A DNA stretch of 61,910 bases, the filler included. It is 5 parts of 5 records of this genome, joined end to end, with 100 filler letters (N's around TTAATTAATTAA, not from the genome) between each part and the next. Parts side by side here need not be neighbours in the genome. Positions count along the whole stretch, not along the records: positions 46,566 to 57,670 come from SRR20825010_6819; positions 57,771 to 61,910 come from SRR20825010_6824; 3 more parts are not named here. One strand, 5' to 3'. Below, in pieces: positions 50,643 through 60,253 of this stretch (position 1 is its first letter; each line of letters begins with the position of its first letter). The notes beneath the pieces are model-generated. The model saw only the letters and a list, made by a program, of their open reading frames with translations. It did not search any database and had not been told where the DNA came from. Made by a program: the position numbers and the translations under genes.

Positions 50643-50860
50643 GTTTTTACGTTATTTTCACTAAAAGTCTTCAAGATTAGATTATCTAATTTTGAAGACT
50701 TTTGCTGTTTTATGGGAGATAATTGGCTTAAATCCTGAATTTGAGCAGTATTTTTTGTAATTTGCAACTTGCTTTTCCCTTTTTTGGGATACTTAACCCC
50801 GGCTTTACTTCCTTTTGCTTGATCCCAGACTTGTGGAAGTTTTGTCATTCCGATAATTAT

Positions 50861-53800
50861 ATGATAGTTGATTCTGATAAACCTTTTCAGATAGTTTATT
50901 CTATTTACAGCCACGAGTCCCTTGGTCTCCTGATAGAATCTTTTGTGGTACAAATTGATCCTCAAGGAAGGCTCTCTTTGGCTTATCAAAATATTAGTTC
51001 TGCTAATGCTAGCGAATTTGACGCAGGATTGAATAAGGCAGATTATGATTTGATAAAGATCATGGATTCAATGAGCCCAGAAGTGGTGGTAAAGCCTTTT
51101 ATTAAAAGAGGAAATATTCGCCCGAAGCAATACCTCGAGAAAATCTTTGATCCTAAAACGGAAGATAAAAAGACGCAGGATGCCATTGAAGAAGTGATTG
51201 AGAAGAAGCGTTCCAAAATAATGCCTTTACTTATCGGTAAAAGGCTATTTGAAATGGGAAGTGATGGTAATCCAGTCTGGAAAGAAATAACTGTAAATGC
51301 TGAGCGTGCAAGTGTTCTATTCCATTTTCATAAAAATGAAGAAAACACCCATTATTGGCCAACGATTAAATTCAAAGGAGAAAAACTCGATTGGCAATAC
51401 AAGAATGGCTATTTCATTAGTAATGAGCCAGGATGGCTAGTTGTTGAAGGGCAGTTGTTCCATTTCGAGAAAGGAATTGATGGGAAAAAGCTGAAAGCTT
51501 TTTTAAACAAGAAGTTTATTGTCATTGACAAACGAATTGAGCCGAATTACTATCGCGGCTTTATGGCCAATTTGATTTCACAGTTTGATGTGGAGTCAGT
51601 CGGTTTCGATATTAATATAGAGCGTGGCACACCAGAGGTGTTTATCAACATCAGTGATTTGCCTGGAGGATCAGGGAAGAATCTCTTTGGAGAAGATGGA
51701 GAAAAGTTAGAAGAGGATAAAATTGCTTTCGAGCTTCGGTTCAAGTACGGCAATATTGATTTTCCGGTGCAGACACCAAGTTCTGAAAAACATGGAGCTT
51801 CTGTCAGGCTGGAAGAAGGAAACGATAGCTACACGTTCTATAAAACGATTCGTAGCACTCAGAAAGAAAAAGCCTATCTAAAACTATTACGCGACAAGGG
51901 ACTTGAGTTCAAAATAGGTAAAGATGCTTTGCCAAAGACTGAAGCCTTTGAGTGGATTGGTGAAAATGAAGAATTTCTTGAAACTGAGAAAATTAAGATC
52001 GTCCAAAAGCCTAATGCTAAGGGCAAGGTGTATAATATAGGTAAAGCCCAGATTTCTATAGAAGTCAATGAAAATATTGATTGGTTTGATGTCAAAGCAC
52101 TAATCAAATTTGGGATTTACCTAGTGCCTTTTGCGAAGCTAAGAAAGCTTTTGCTTCAAGGTAAGGCCGAATTTGAATTACCAAACGGCGAAATCGCTGT
52201 GATTCCTGCCTCTTGGTTTGTGAATTACTCTGAGCTTTTCAACTTCATGGAAGATCGTGGGGATGAGAATTCCATGGTATTGCGCAAGCATCATTTGGCG
52301 CTAGCCAGAGAAATGGAGATAGGTAATCTTGTTCAGGTTACATTGAGTAGGAAGTTGGAGCGACTTAGAGATTTTGAATCTATTGAAGAGTATACCCTAC
52401 CAACTGGTTTTGAGGGAACATTACGTCCTTATCAGCATGCGGGATATAATTGGCTTAGATTTTTGAATGAGTTTAAGTTCGGTGGATGTTTGGCCGATGA
52501 TATGGGTTTGGGTAAAACTGTTCAAACTCTTGCTCTGCTAGCACATGAGATGGAGGAAAATCCAGGTTTAACTTCACTTCTGGTGATGCCTACTTCTCTG
52601 ATTTATAACTGGGAGCTTGAAGCTAGGAAGTTTACTCCTGAATTGAAGATTCTGGTTTATTCGGGTACTCAGCGTATCAAAGATCCATGGAGATTTGGTG
52701 AATACGATTTGGTATTGACATCCTATGGAATTACCCGATTGGATGTAGAGGTGCTGAAAGGCTTTTACTTCAACTATATCATTTTAGATGAATCCCAGGC
52801 AATCAAAAATCCAGGGAGTAATATTGCGGCAGCTGTTAATCAGCTTAAGAGCAAGCAAAAGTTGATTTTGACAGGTACGCCTGTGGAAAATAGCACGATG
52901 GATCTTTGGTCTCAGATGAATTTCATCAATCCAGGATTATTGGGCAATCAGAATTCGTTTAAGAAGCAGTTTTTACTGCCTATAGAAAAGCAAGGTGACG
53001 CAAATAAATCTGCTAAGCTCCATGCCATGATTAAGCCATTTATTCTTAGGAGACTGAAATCTCAAGTTGCAACTGACCTACCAGAAAAAATCACCAACGT
53101 GAAGTATTCTGATATGACGGTTGAGCAAGAGGAGGTTTACGAAGAAGTTAAGAACTATTACCGAGAGAAGATTATTTCTGACATCCAGAGTACAGGTAGA
53201 AATAATCAGCAGTTCACATTGCTTCGTGGTCTAACCCAGCTTCGTCAGATTGCCAATCATCCGAAATTAGTCAGAGATGATTATGAAGGTGAATCAGGTA
53301 AGCTGGAAGATGTGACATATATGCTTCAATCTACTATTTCAGAAGGTCATAAAGTATTAGTCTTTAGTCAATTTGTGAGGCATTTAGGTATTGTGAAGGA
53401 ATACCTAGAGAAAGAGGGGATTCCGTATGCGTACTTGGATGGTAGCACTAAAGACCGTCAGGCTCAGGTTGAGAAATTTCAGGAAAACGAAGACATCAAA
53501 GTGTTCTTGATTTCCCTAAAAGCAGGTGGGGTTGGTTTGAATTTGACCAAAGCTGAATATGTGTTTTTACTTGATCCATGGTGGAATCCTGCTGTGGAGG
53601 CTCAGGCAATTGATAGGGCACATAGAATCGGTCAAGAAAATAAGGTCATTATCTATAAATTTATCACGCGTGGATCTGTGGAAGAGAAAATCATGGCGCT
53701 TCAGGATCGCAAGCTAGCACTCGCTGGAGAGCTGATTAATACCGAAGAAAGCTTTATGAAGAGTCTTGGACAGGATGATATTGCAGCATTGCTGGATTGA
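50861..53800 (+). CDS. SNF2-family (DEAD/DEAH-box) helicase-like ATPase
   Basis: LRPYQ, LADDMGLGKT, ILDESQ, LTGTPVEN, LVFSQF, SLKAGGVGLNL, QAIDRAHRIGQ. Confidence 0.95.
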   Translation: MIVDSDKPFQIVYSIYSHESLGLLIESFVVQIDPQGRLSLAYQNISSANASEFDAGLNKADYDLIKIMDSMSPEVVVKPFIKRGNIRPKQYLEKIFDPKTEDKKTQDAIEEVIEKKRSKIMPLLIGKRLFEMGSDGNPVWKEITVNAERASVLFHFHKNEENTHYWPTIKFKGEKLDWQYKNGYFISNEPGWLVVEGQLFHFEKGIDGKKLKAFLNKKFIVIDKRIEPNYYRGFMANLISQFDVESVGFDINIERGTPEVFINISDLPGGSGKNLFGEDGEKLEEDKIAFELRFKYGNIDFPVQTPSSEKHGASVRLEEGNDSYTFYKTIRSTQKEKAYLKLLRDKGLEFKIGKDALPKTEAFEWIGENEEFLETEKIKIVQKPNAKGKVYNIGKAQISIEVNENIDWFDVKALIKFGIYLVPFAKLRKLLLQGKAEFELPNGEIAVIPASWFVNYSELFNFMEDRGDENSMVLRKHHLALAREMEIGNLVQVTLSRKLERLRDFESIEEYTLPTGFEGTLRPYQHAGYNWLRFLNEFKFGGCLADDMGLGKTVQTLALLAHEMEENPGLTSLLVMPTSLIYNWELEARKFTPELKILVYSGTQRIKDPWRFGEYDLVLTSYGITRLDVEVLKGFYFNYIILDESQAIKNPGSNIAAAVNQLKSKQKLILTGTPVENSTMDLWSQMNFINPGLLGNQNSFKKQFLLPIEKQGDANKSAKLHAMIKPFILRRLKSQVATDLPEKITNVKYSDMTVEQEEVYEEVKNYYREKIISDIQSTGRNNQQFTLLRGLTQLRQIANHPKLVRDDYEGESGKLEDVTYMLQSTISEGHKVLVFSQFVRHLGIVKEYLEKEGIPYAYLDGSTKDRQAQVEKFQENEDIKVFLISLKAGGVGLNLTKAEYVFLLDPWWNPAVEAQAIDRAHRIGQENKVIIYKFITRGSVEEKIMALQDRKLALAGELINTEESFMKSLGQDDIAALLD

Positions 53801-53817
53801 AAAACTTAGATTTTTCT

Positions 53818-53852
53818 AAAAAGGGTAGGATGATAAATTCTACCCTTTTTTT
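53818..53852 (+). terminator. Intrinsic terminator after SNF2
   Basis: AAAAAGGGTAGGA-tgataaa-TTCTACCCTTTTTTT. Confidence 0.8.
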
Positions 53853-53980
53853 ATTGGATTGATAGTCAACCGTATAGATAATGGTCACATTTAATTAACC
53901 ATAAATTCTTATCTAAACTTTGACAATAGCCCGATTATTTTTCTAAATTAAATAACATAGTTCCACTACACTACCTGCGC

Positions 53981-55327
53981 ATGCCTAGAGCCAAATCCGA
54001 TAAAGATCGGAAAATCTTTGTGCTGGATACTTCGGTGATCCTCTACGCACACAACTCCATTATGAACTTTGCCGAGCACGATGTGGTCATCCCGATCACG
54101 GTGCTAGAGGAGCTTGATCAGTTCAAGAAAGGCAATGACACCAAGAATTTTGAAGCGCGAGAATTTATCCGATTGCTGGATAAACTATCACAGGATCATA
54201 TGATTCATAATTGGACTCCTTTGAACGGGAAGACCAAGGGGAATTTTAGGGTGCTGATGAATCCAGAAAATCAGATCAACGCCAATGAGATTTTTGGTGA
54301 GGAAAAGAACGATCACAAGATTCTGAACTGTGCGCTTTACCTCAAACAGCATGAAAAGGGCAGAAAAGTAATCTTGGTCAGCAAAGACATTAATCTTCGT
54401 TTAAAGGCCAAATCCATTGACCTTCTTGCTGAAGACTACGAGACAGGAAAGATTAAGAATATTACCGAACTCGAGAATACAGGGAAGTATATTCTGGATG
54501 ATATTGACCCACAGTATATTGATAAACTATACGAGCAGGGGTATGTTGAAGCGAAGACTGTCTTAGGAACACGAAAAAGAAAGTCGAATGCCTATTATAT
54601 CCTCAAAAGTGATAAGAATTCAGTTCTAGCTTATTACAATTCGGATGAGAGTATTCTAGAGCGAGTTGACAAAAAACTGGCATATAATATCAAGCCTAAA
54701 AATGCCGAGCAGACTTTTGCGCTTCACGCGATTACCAATCCTAATATCCGCTTAGTTTCTATCCAAGGAGTTGCCGGAACGGGTAAAACACTTCTGGCTT
54801 TGGCGGGAGCTTTGGAACAAAGAAGAGAGTATAAGCAAATTTACTTGGCTAGGCCGATTGTCCCTTTGAGTAATAAGGATATTGGGTATTTACCAGGAGA
54901 TATCAAGTCAAAGTTGAATCCTTACATGGAGCCGCTTTGGGACAATCTGAAATTTATCCAAAACCAGTATAAGGAGACAGATAAGGAATTTCAGAAGATT
55001 ACAGACTTGGTGAATCAGGAGAAACTAGTAATTCAGCCATTGGCATATATACGAGGACGTTCACTGTCAAATATCTTCTTTATAGTGGATGAAGCACAGA
55101 ATTTGACACCGCATGAGATCAAGACGATTATATCAAGAGCGGGAGAGAACACCAAAATCATCTTCACTGGAGATGTGTTCCAAATAGACACGCCCTATCT
55201 AGATTCACAGTCCAATGGTTTGTCCTATTTAATAGATCGAGTGAAGGACCATCCGCTTTATGCACATATCAAACTAGAAAAAGGAGAGCGGTCTGAATTG
55301 GCAAATCTTGCAAATGAACTTCTTTAG
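53981..55327 (+). CDS. PhoH family protein with N-terminal PIN domain (PhoH2/YlaK type)
   Basis: FVLDTSV, VLEELD, NDHKIL, SKDINLR (PIN); GVAGTGKT, GYLPG, YIRGRS, DEAQN, GDVFQID (PhoH). Confidence 0.95.
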   Translation: MPRAKSDKDRKIFVLDTSVILYAHNSIMNFAEHDVVIPITVLEELDQFKKGNDTKNFEAREFIRLLDKLSQDHMIHNWTPLNGKTKGNFRVLMNPENQINANEIFGEEKNDHKILNCALYLKQHEKGRKVILVSKDINLRLKAKSIDLLAEDYETGKIKNITELENTGKYILDDIDPQYIDKLYEQGYVEAKTVLGTRKRKSNAYYILKSDKNSVLAYYNSDESILERVDKKLAYNIKPKNAEQTFALHAITNPNIRLVSIQGVAGTGKTLLALAGALEQRREYKQIYLARPIVPLSNKDIGYLPGDIKSKLNPYMEPLWDNLKFIQNQYKETDKEFQKITDLVNQEKLVIQPLAYIRGRSLSNIFFIVDEAQNLTPHEIKTIISRAGENTKIIFTGDVFQIDTPYLDSQSNGLSYLIDRVKDHPLYAHIKLEKGERSELANLANELL

Positions 55328-55343
55328 TAGTGTCTAAACGAAT

Positions 55344-55375
55344 TGTAAAAAGGCTCCAAGCGGAGCCTTTTTACA
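55344..55375. terminator. Bidirectional terminator between convergent genes
   Basis: TGTAAAAAGGCTCC-aagc-GGAGCCTTTTTACA perfect 14-bp stem. Confidence 0.85.
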
Positions 55376-56231
55376 TTTGTTCCTTAACGAACTTTGCAGC
55401 TTGCTGAAATAAACTAGGATAGGTGTCTAAGGTAAATCCATGTCCTTGATTTGGCACTTCTGTAAATTCATACTTCACGCCTGCATCAATTAGTGCTTTT
55501 TTTAAAAGCTGGCTTTGAGAAATAGGTACTATTATATCTGAAGTGCCATGGAAAAAGATCGTAGGAACTGATTTACTATTAATGAATGTAATTGGGCTGG
55601 AAGCGGCAAAAGCTTCTGGTTTATCTTTGGGGTTTCCTCCCAGCATTCCACTTAGGCCGGTTTGGGTGAAGAAACTAAAGTCATATAATTCGGCCAGATT
55701 GGTGGGAGGGAAAAGGGCAATTACCGCTCTGACATTGCCTACAGTTGGATGTTTGTAGGCATGTAATAAAGCCAAATGTCCACCGGCGCTTGCGCCAGCA
55801 AGGATTAATTTGTCTGAAATATTCCATTCAGAAGCTTTGCTTTGAAAATAGCTGAGGGCTTCTATGACATCATCCTCTTGAGCGGGGAATTTATTGTTTC
55901 CTTGGCTGAAGTTGTACAACCTGTAATTTATTGAAGCAAACGCATATTCAGTGAATTCTCTGGATAATGCCTGTCTGAATTGATTAAATTCCTCCTTGCT
56001 TCCTTCTACCCAAGCACCGCCATGTATATATATAAGGAGTGGAGTTTTTGCGATGGACCTTCCTGCAGGTAAATAAATGTCAAAAATCTGATTTTGCTCC
56101 GCCCCGTAGGATTGATCAAATAAGTCTAATGCCGCTAGATTCTCGGTTGGATTTTCATCTTTATCCGAAATACAGCTACTGAGGGCATAAATGGCTATTA
56201 TATATAAGCATGATTTCCAGAAACGCTTCAT
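55371..56231 (-). CDS. Alpha/beta hydrolase lipoprotein (HSL-like esterase)
   Basis: Lipobox LSS-C; HGGAW, GASAG, HGTSD, GHG. Confidence 0.9.
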   Translation of the reverse strand: MKRFWKSCLYIIAIYALSSCISDKDENPTENLAALDLFDQSYGAEQNQIFDIYLPAGRSIAKTPLLIYIHGGAWVEGSKEEFNQFRQALSREFTEYAFASINYRLYNFSQGNNKFPAQEDDVIEALSYFQSKASEWNISDKLILAGASAGGHLALLHAYKHPTVGNVRAVIALFPPTNLAELYDFSFFTQTGLSGMLGGNPKDKPEAFAASSPITFINSKSVPTIFFHGTSDIIVPISQSQLLKKALIDAGVKYEFTEVPNQGHGFTLDTYPSLFQQAAKFVKEQM

Positions 56232-56248
56232 TGTGTTTTTGTACATGT

Positions 56249-57670
56249 TTAAAACCATTTGATTAAGGATGCAATGATTTGCTTTGCCTTGATTCCATAA
56301 GGAGGTCTCAGTAGTGTTACATTGTTTAGACCCACTCGTTGCTTCAACACACCTTTCTCATTACTGAAGGCTAAAAAACCATGATAGCCATGTGCTTTGC
56401 CTATTCCGCTATTATTTACTCCTCCGAAAGGTAGTTCCATATGTAGGTAATGAAGCACACAGTCGTTGATTACGGCATTTCCAGAGCTTGTTTCTCTAAG
56501 TACTTTCGAAGATTGCTCTGCATTTACTCCAAAAAAGTATAGTGCTAACGGTTTTGGTTTGGAATTGACATAGTCAATGGCTTCACCTAAGGAGGTATAT
56601 GATTTAACGGGGAGAATTGGGCCGAAAATCTCTTCTTCCATAACCTGCATTTCATCAGACACATTTCTTAAAATAGTTGGTTCTATGTAACGTGTGTGTT
56701 GATCGCTATTTCCCCCAAAAACAAGTTGAGCTCCTTTTGATAAGGCGTCTTCAATATTCTCTGTCAGTCTGTTGAAATGTTTGTCATTAACTATGCGAGC
56801 CATATCAGGAGATTTCTCGATTCCTTTAAAGTCAGGATCGTACATTTTTTGAATGGCGACTTTCATTTCCGAAAAGAGGTTTTCCAGTTTGGATTCATGA
56901 ACCAAAAGATAATCCGGAGCGATGCAGGTTTGGCCACAGTTGACATATTTCCCCCAAATCAATTTCTCAGCGGCATCTTTACAGTCTGCATCCTCATCTA
57001 CGATCGCAGGTGATTTTCCTCCCAATTCCAAAGTCACAGAACTTAGGTTTTCTGCTGCTGCTTTCATTACGATTTTTCCAACTGTAGGACTTCCCGTGAA
57101 AAAAATATGATCAAAAGGAAGCTTTAGTAGGGTTTGTGATGTTTCTATGCCACCCAAAACGACCGCTACTTCTTTAGGGTCGAAAAGCTCGGAAATCATT
57201 TTCAATATGAGTTCCGACGTATGAGGAGTCATCTCTGACGGTTTGAGAATCACAGGACATCCTGCTGACAAAGCAGAAATCAACGGGCCAATCGATAGAT
57301 TGAAAGGATAGTTCCATGGAGCAATGATCAAGGATCTTCCTTTGGGTTCATGGTAAATACTACCAGAAGTCCCTAGCATAGGAAGAGGAGTAGATACCGA
57401 TTTTGGAGTCATCCATTTATGGAGCTTTTTGATACTATGGTTGATTTCAGCTGTTACCGGAAATATTTCACTGAGGTCAGTTTCTGATTCGGGCTTTCCA
57501 AAATCGTTTTTTAATGCATTACGAATTTCTTGCTGATGATCTTTTATCCAAGTTCTTATTTTTTTTAGTCTAGCTATTCTGTCATCAGCAGATGAAGACC
57601 TCCATAAGGTAGAAGTTAAGTGCTGGCTTTTAAAAAGATGTTCAAGATCAGTGTTGTTTTGTTCTGAGGT
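56249..57670 (-). CDS. Aldehyde dehydrogenase (ALDH3-like), 5'-truncated by the contig edge
   Basis: PWNYP, KPSE, FTGS, LELGGKSP, GQTCIAPDY, EEIFGP, PFGG; frame stays open from 57412 to the contig end. Confidence 0.95.
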   Translation of the reverse strand, partial: TSEQNNTDLEHLFKSQHLTSTLWRSSSADDRIARLKKIRTWIKDHQQEIRNALKNDFGKPESETDLSEIFPVTAEINHSIKKLHKWMTPKSVSTPLPMLGTSGSIYHEPKGRSLIIAPWNYPFNLSIGPLISALSAGCPVILKPSEMTPHTSELILKMISELFDPKEVAVVLGGIETSQTLLKLPFDHIFFTGSPTVGKIVMKAAAENLSSVTLELGGKSPAIVDEDADCKDAAEKLIWGKYVNCGQTCIAPDYLLVHESKLENLFSEMKVAIQKMYDPDFKGIEKSPDMARIVNDKHFNRLTENIEDALSKGAQLVFGGNSDQHTRYIEPTILRNVSDEMQVMEEEIFGPILPVKSYTSLGEAIDYVNSKPKPLALYFFGVNAEQSSKVLRETSSGNAVINDCVLHYLHMELPFGGVNNSGIGKAHGYHGFLAFSNEKGVLKQRVGLNNVTLLRPPYGIKAKQIIASLIKWF

Positions 57671-57770
57671 NNNNNNNNNNNNNNNNNNNNNNNNNNNNNN
57701 NNNNNNNNNNNNNNTTAATTAATTAANNNNNNNNNNNNNNNNNNNNNNNNNNNNNNNNNNNNNNNNNNNN
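57671..57770. other. Artificial contig-joining spacer
   Basis: 44 N + TTAATTAATTAA + 44 N. Confidence 0.97.
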
Positions 57771-58054
57771 CGGCCCTGTTTGTCTGGCAAACGCCAAGCT
57801 TGGGCGCGCTTGGCCTGATGGCGGTTGCCGCGCTTATGATGAATGTCATGCAGATCTGCAACATCAAAGCCCTGCAACTGGCCGATTACAGTTTCTTTGT
57901 CGGGTTTTCCTATTTACGCCTGCCGATCATTGCCATTTTGGCCCTGATCGCGTTTGGCGAGGTGCCCGACATCTGGATATTGCCGGGCGGGGCGATGATT
58001 ATCGGCGCTGCGATCTATGTCGCGCTGCGCGAGCGGAAGCTTGCAAAAGTCTGA
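57771..58054 (+). CDS. DMT/EamA transporter C-terminal fragment
   Basis: FSYLRL…FGEVPD…GGAMII…RER, a typical DMT C-terminus. Confidence 0.8.
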
Positions 58055-58079
58055 TCAGGGTTACTGTTACAATGCTGAC

Positions 58080-58676
58080 TTACCCGTCATAGCCACGAAG
58101 CTTGTTGTACAGACTGATCTGTGCCGGGCTTAGAATGGCTGGCGTTTTAAGATGGGCTGCAAGATGGATGAAACGAAGTCTGCTGCGGCTGTCTGCGATG
58201 TCTTGCAAAAGCGCCTTTAGCGCGGTTTCCGTCAATCCACTGGCCTTGAATGCGTCATCAAGAGCACGTTCTGCCGCAATCAGTTCGCCGCCTTCTTCGA
58301 TGGCGTCTTTTTTCATCTGGTCGTAAAGTGCTGTAATAGCGGCCTTCTGATCAGCTGAGAGCGATATGTCATCGGCCAACTCCAACAGATGCGCAGGGCC
58401 CGGAACACCATTGAGCTCCGCCGCCTTTGCCATCCCCCATCCGCCGCCCTTACGCAGATCGGCAATGTCATCCGTTGACAGGCTTTTGATCGAACGATCC
58501 TGTTGGCCCGCATAGGGGGAGGCCGGAGCCGGAACTACCGCCGCTCCGTGACCGCTTTGAGATTGGCCGTGATCATGGCCGTGACCATGGTTCGCTTCTT
58601 GTGATTGTGCGCTAAAGGAAACGGTCAGCCCCATAACGATCACGGTGGCACGAGTCAGTCGGGAAAAGATGAACAT
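58080..58676 (-). CDS. Periplasmic Spy/CpxP-like (heavy-metal-sensor-like) protein with a His-rich N-terminus
   Basis: Signal peptide, HGHGHDHG tract, SPYAG…IKSLS…GMAKAAELNGVPGPAHLLEL…LSADQ…LSPAQ…YNKLRGY (LTxxQ-like motifs). Confidence 0.75.
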   Translation of the reverse strand: MFIFSRLTRATVIVMGLTVSFSAQSQEANHGHGHDHGQSQSGHGAAVVPAPASPYAGQQDRSIKSLSTDDIADLRKGGGWGMAKAAELNGVPGPAHLLELADDISLSADQKAAITALYDQMKKDAIEEGGELIAAERALDDAFKASGLTETALKALLQDIADSRSRLRFIHLAAHLKTPAILSPAQISLYNKLRGYDG

Positions 58677-58732
58677 GGTAGCACCTGTTAATTTCGAAGA
58701 GCTCCAAACTTGAACCGTACGCCACGATCCCC

Positions 58733-58750
58733 ACATGATAGATATCATGT
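58733..58750. promoter_or_regulatory. Crp/Fnr-type palindromic operator
   Basis: ACATGATA-ga-TATCATGT perfect palindrome; core ATGAT-N4-ATCAT resembles the FNR box TTGAT-N4-ATCAA. Confidence 0.7.
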
Positions 58751-59277
58751 CAGCATCAATTTTTGATCTTCTCAACCGCTTTGACGGCAGGTTGTCAGAG
58801 TATTCCGCATCCACGGTCCTGTTTCGCAAGGGCGACCCGGTCGAGCATCTTTTCCTTGTTCTTGACGGGGAAGTGCGACTGGCGCGTTTTCTTGAAAATG
58901 GCGACCAAATCGTTCTGCAGCGCGCCGGCCCCAACAGTGTCCTGGCCGAAGCATCCCTGTTTTCGCAGTATTACCATTGTGACGCCATCTGCCATCAGGA
59001 TGCGCAGGTCAAACTCATCCGCAAATACGATGTTGAATCCCATCTCGCCCACAACAATCAAATGGCCGTTGCAATGGCGGCCCATCTGGCGCGTGAAGTG
59101 CAAGCGACCCGTTTGCGCGCCGAAGTCCTGCGACTTCGAACCGTCGCGGAACGGCTTGACGCGTGGATGGCATGGCATGACGATGAATTGCCCGAAAAGG
59201 GAAACTGGCGGGTCATCGCCCTTGAAATCGGGGTCAGCCCCGAGGCGCTTTATCGCGAACTGGCCCGGCGAAGATAA
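58747..59277 (+). CDS. Crp/Fnr family transcriptional regulator (start 58747 or 58735)
   Basis: LFRKGD…LVLDGEVRL…LAEASLF…YHCDA (cNMP-like domain); IALEIGVSPEALYREL (HTH). Confidence 0.9.
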   Translation: MSASIFDLLNRFDGRLSEYSASTVLFRKGDPVEHLFLVLDGEVRLARFLENGDQIVLQRAGPNSVLAEASLFSQYYHCDAICHQDAQVKLIRKYDVESHLAHNNQMAVAMAAHLAREVQATRLRAEVLRLRTVAERLDAWMAWHDDELPEKGNWRVIALEIGVSPEALYRELARRR

Positions 59278-59344
59278 CAGATCCCCCCCAGAATTCAGCA
59301 TACAGGACGGCGGGAAATCGACACTTGCCCGTTAAAGATATAAT

Positions 59345-59362
59345 TTGGTATATAAATACCAA
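59345..59362. promoter_or_regulatory. Palindromic operator candidate upstream of the SDR gene
   Basis: TTGGTAT-ataa-ATACCAA in an AT-rich promoter region next to TATAAT (59339-44). Confidence 0.5.
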
Positions 59363-59399
59363 TTAATGACGGTATTGCCGAAAAAGGAGGCTTCACGCC

Positions 59400-60161
59400 A
59401 TGCAGATCAAGGGTTCGATTGCCATTGTTACCGGGGCCGCATCCGGTCTTGGTGCCGCGACGGCGGAGGTTTTGGCCAATGCGGGTGCGAAAATTGCGGC
59501 CTTTGATCTGAATGAAGACGGGGCGAAAGCAACGGCGGAAAAACTCGGCGGTGTCGGGTTTGGCGTTGATGTTTCAAATGCTGCCAGTGTTGAAGGCGCG
59601 ATTGCCGAAGTTGTTAAAACCGTCGGCAGTCCGACAATTTTGGTGAATTGTGCCGGTATCTTGCAGGGCGAACGCATTGTCGGGCGCGAAGGCCCGGCCG
59701 ATCTTGAGGCCTTTGCCCGCGTGATCAATGTCAATCTGATTGGCACATTCAACATGATGCGGGTGACTGCCACCGCCATGAGCAAGAATGACCCGAATGC
59801 CAGTGGCGAACGCGGGGTGATTATCAACACCGCATCGATTGCCGCCTTTGAAGGGCAGATCGGGCAGGCCGCTTATGCCGCGTCCAAGGGCGGGGTGGCG
59901 TCGATGACGCTTCCGGCTGCACGCGAATTGGCCCGCCACGGCATCCGGGTTGCATCCATTGCGCCGGGCATGTTTGGCACCCCGATGGTAACGGCCCTTC
60001 CCGATGACATGCAGGAAGCCTTGGCCGCAAACATCCCGTTCCCCAAACGTCTGGGCGATCCGGCGGAATATGGCCGGTTGGCGATGCATATCTGTGAAAA
60101 TGAAATGATCAATGGCGAGACCATCCGCATCGATGGCGCGGTTCGGCTGGAACCGAAGTAG
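59400..60161 (+). CDS. SDR, 3-hydroxyacyl-CoA dehydrogenase type II (HSD17B10-like)
   Basis: TGAASGLG, VNCAG, NLIGTFN, GERGVIINTAS, GQAAYAASKGG, PFPKRLG; RBS AGGAGG. Confidence 0.93.
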   Translation: MQIKGSIAIVTGAASGLGAATAEVLANAGAKIAAFDLNEDGAKATAEKLGGVGFGVDVSNAASVEGAIAEVVKTVGSPTILVNCAGILQGERIVGREGPADLEAFARVINVNLIGTFNMMRVTATAMSKNDPNASGERGVIINTASIAAFEGQIGQAAYAASKGGVASMTLPAARELARHGIRVASIAPGMFGTPMVTALPDDMQEALAANIPFPKRLGDPAEYGRLAMHICENEMINGETIRIDGAVRLEPK

Positions 60162-60201
60162 TCCCACCTTTCGACCAGCATAATAACCGCTGCCACGAAT
60201 G

Positions 60202-60236
60202 ACGCCCTGCCAATCCCACATTGGCAGGGCGTTTTT
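60202..60236 (+). terminator. Intrinsic terminator
   Basis: ACGCCCTGCCAAT-cccac-ATTGGCAGGGCGT plus TTTT, between convergent genes. Confidence 0.85.
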
Positions 60237-60253
60237 ATGAGGCTCAGGACCGA

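Noticed and set aside
50783-50840. Possible H-type pseudoknot in the SNF2 leader (TTTGGGAT/ATCCCAGA and ACTTCC/GGAAGT)
   Set aside because: Stems of 6-8 bp arise by chance; no riboswitch consensus recognised; needs covariation evidence
53884-53900. GTCACA-N5-TTAACC as a Pho-box-like direct repeat before the PhoH gene
   Set aside because: Too degenerate in AT-rich DNA to support
50861-55327. SNF2 + PIN-PhoH as an anti-phage defence system
   Set aside because: Separated by a strong terminator, embedded among housekeeping genes (ileS, lspA), with no methylase, nuclease or mobility genes
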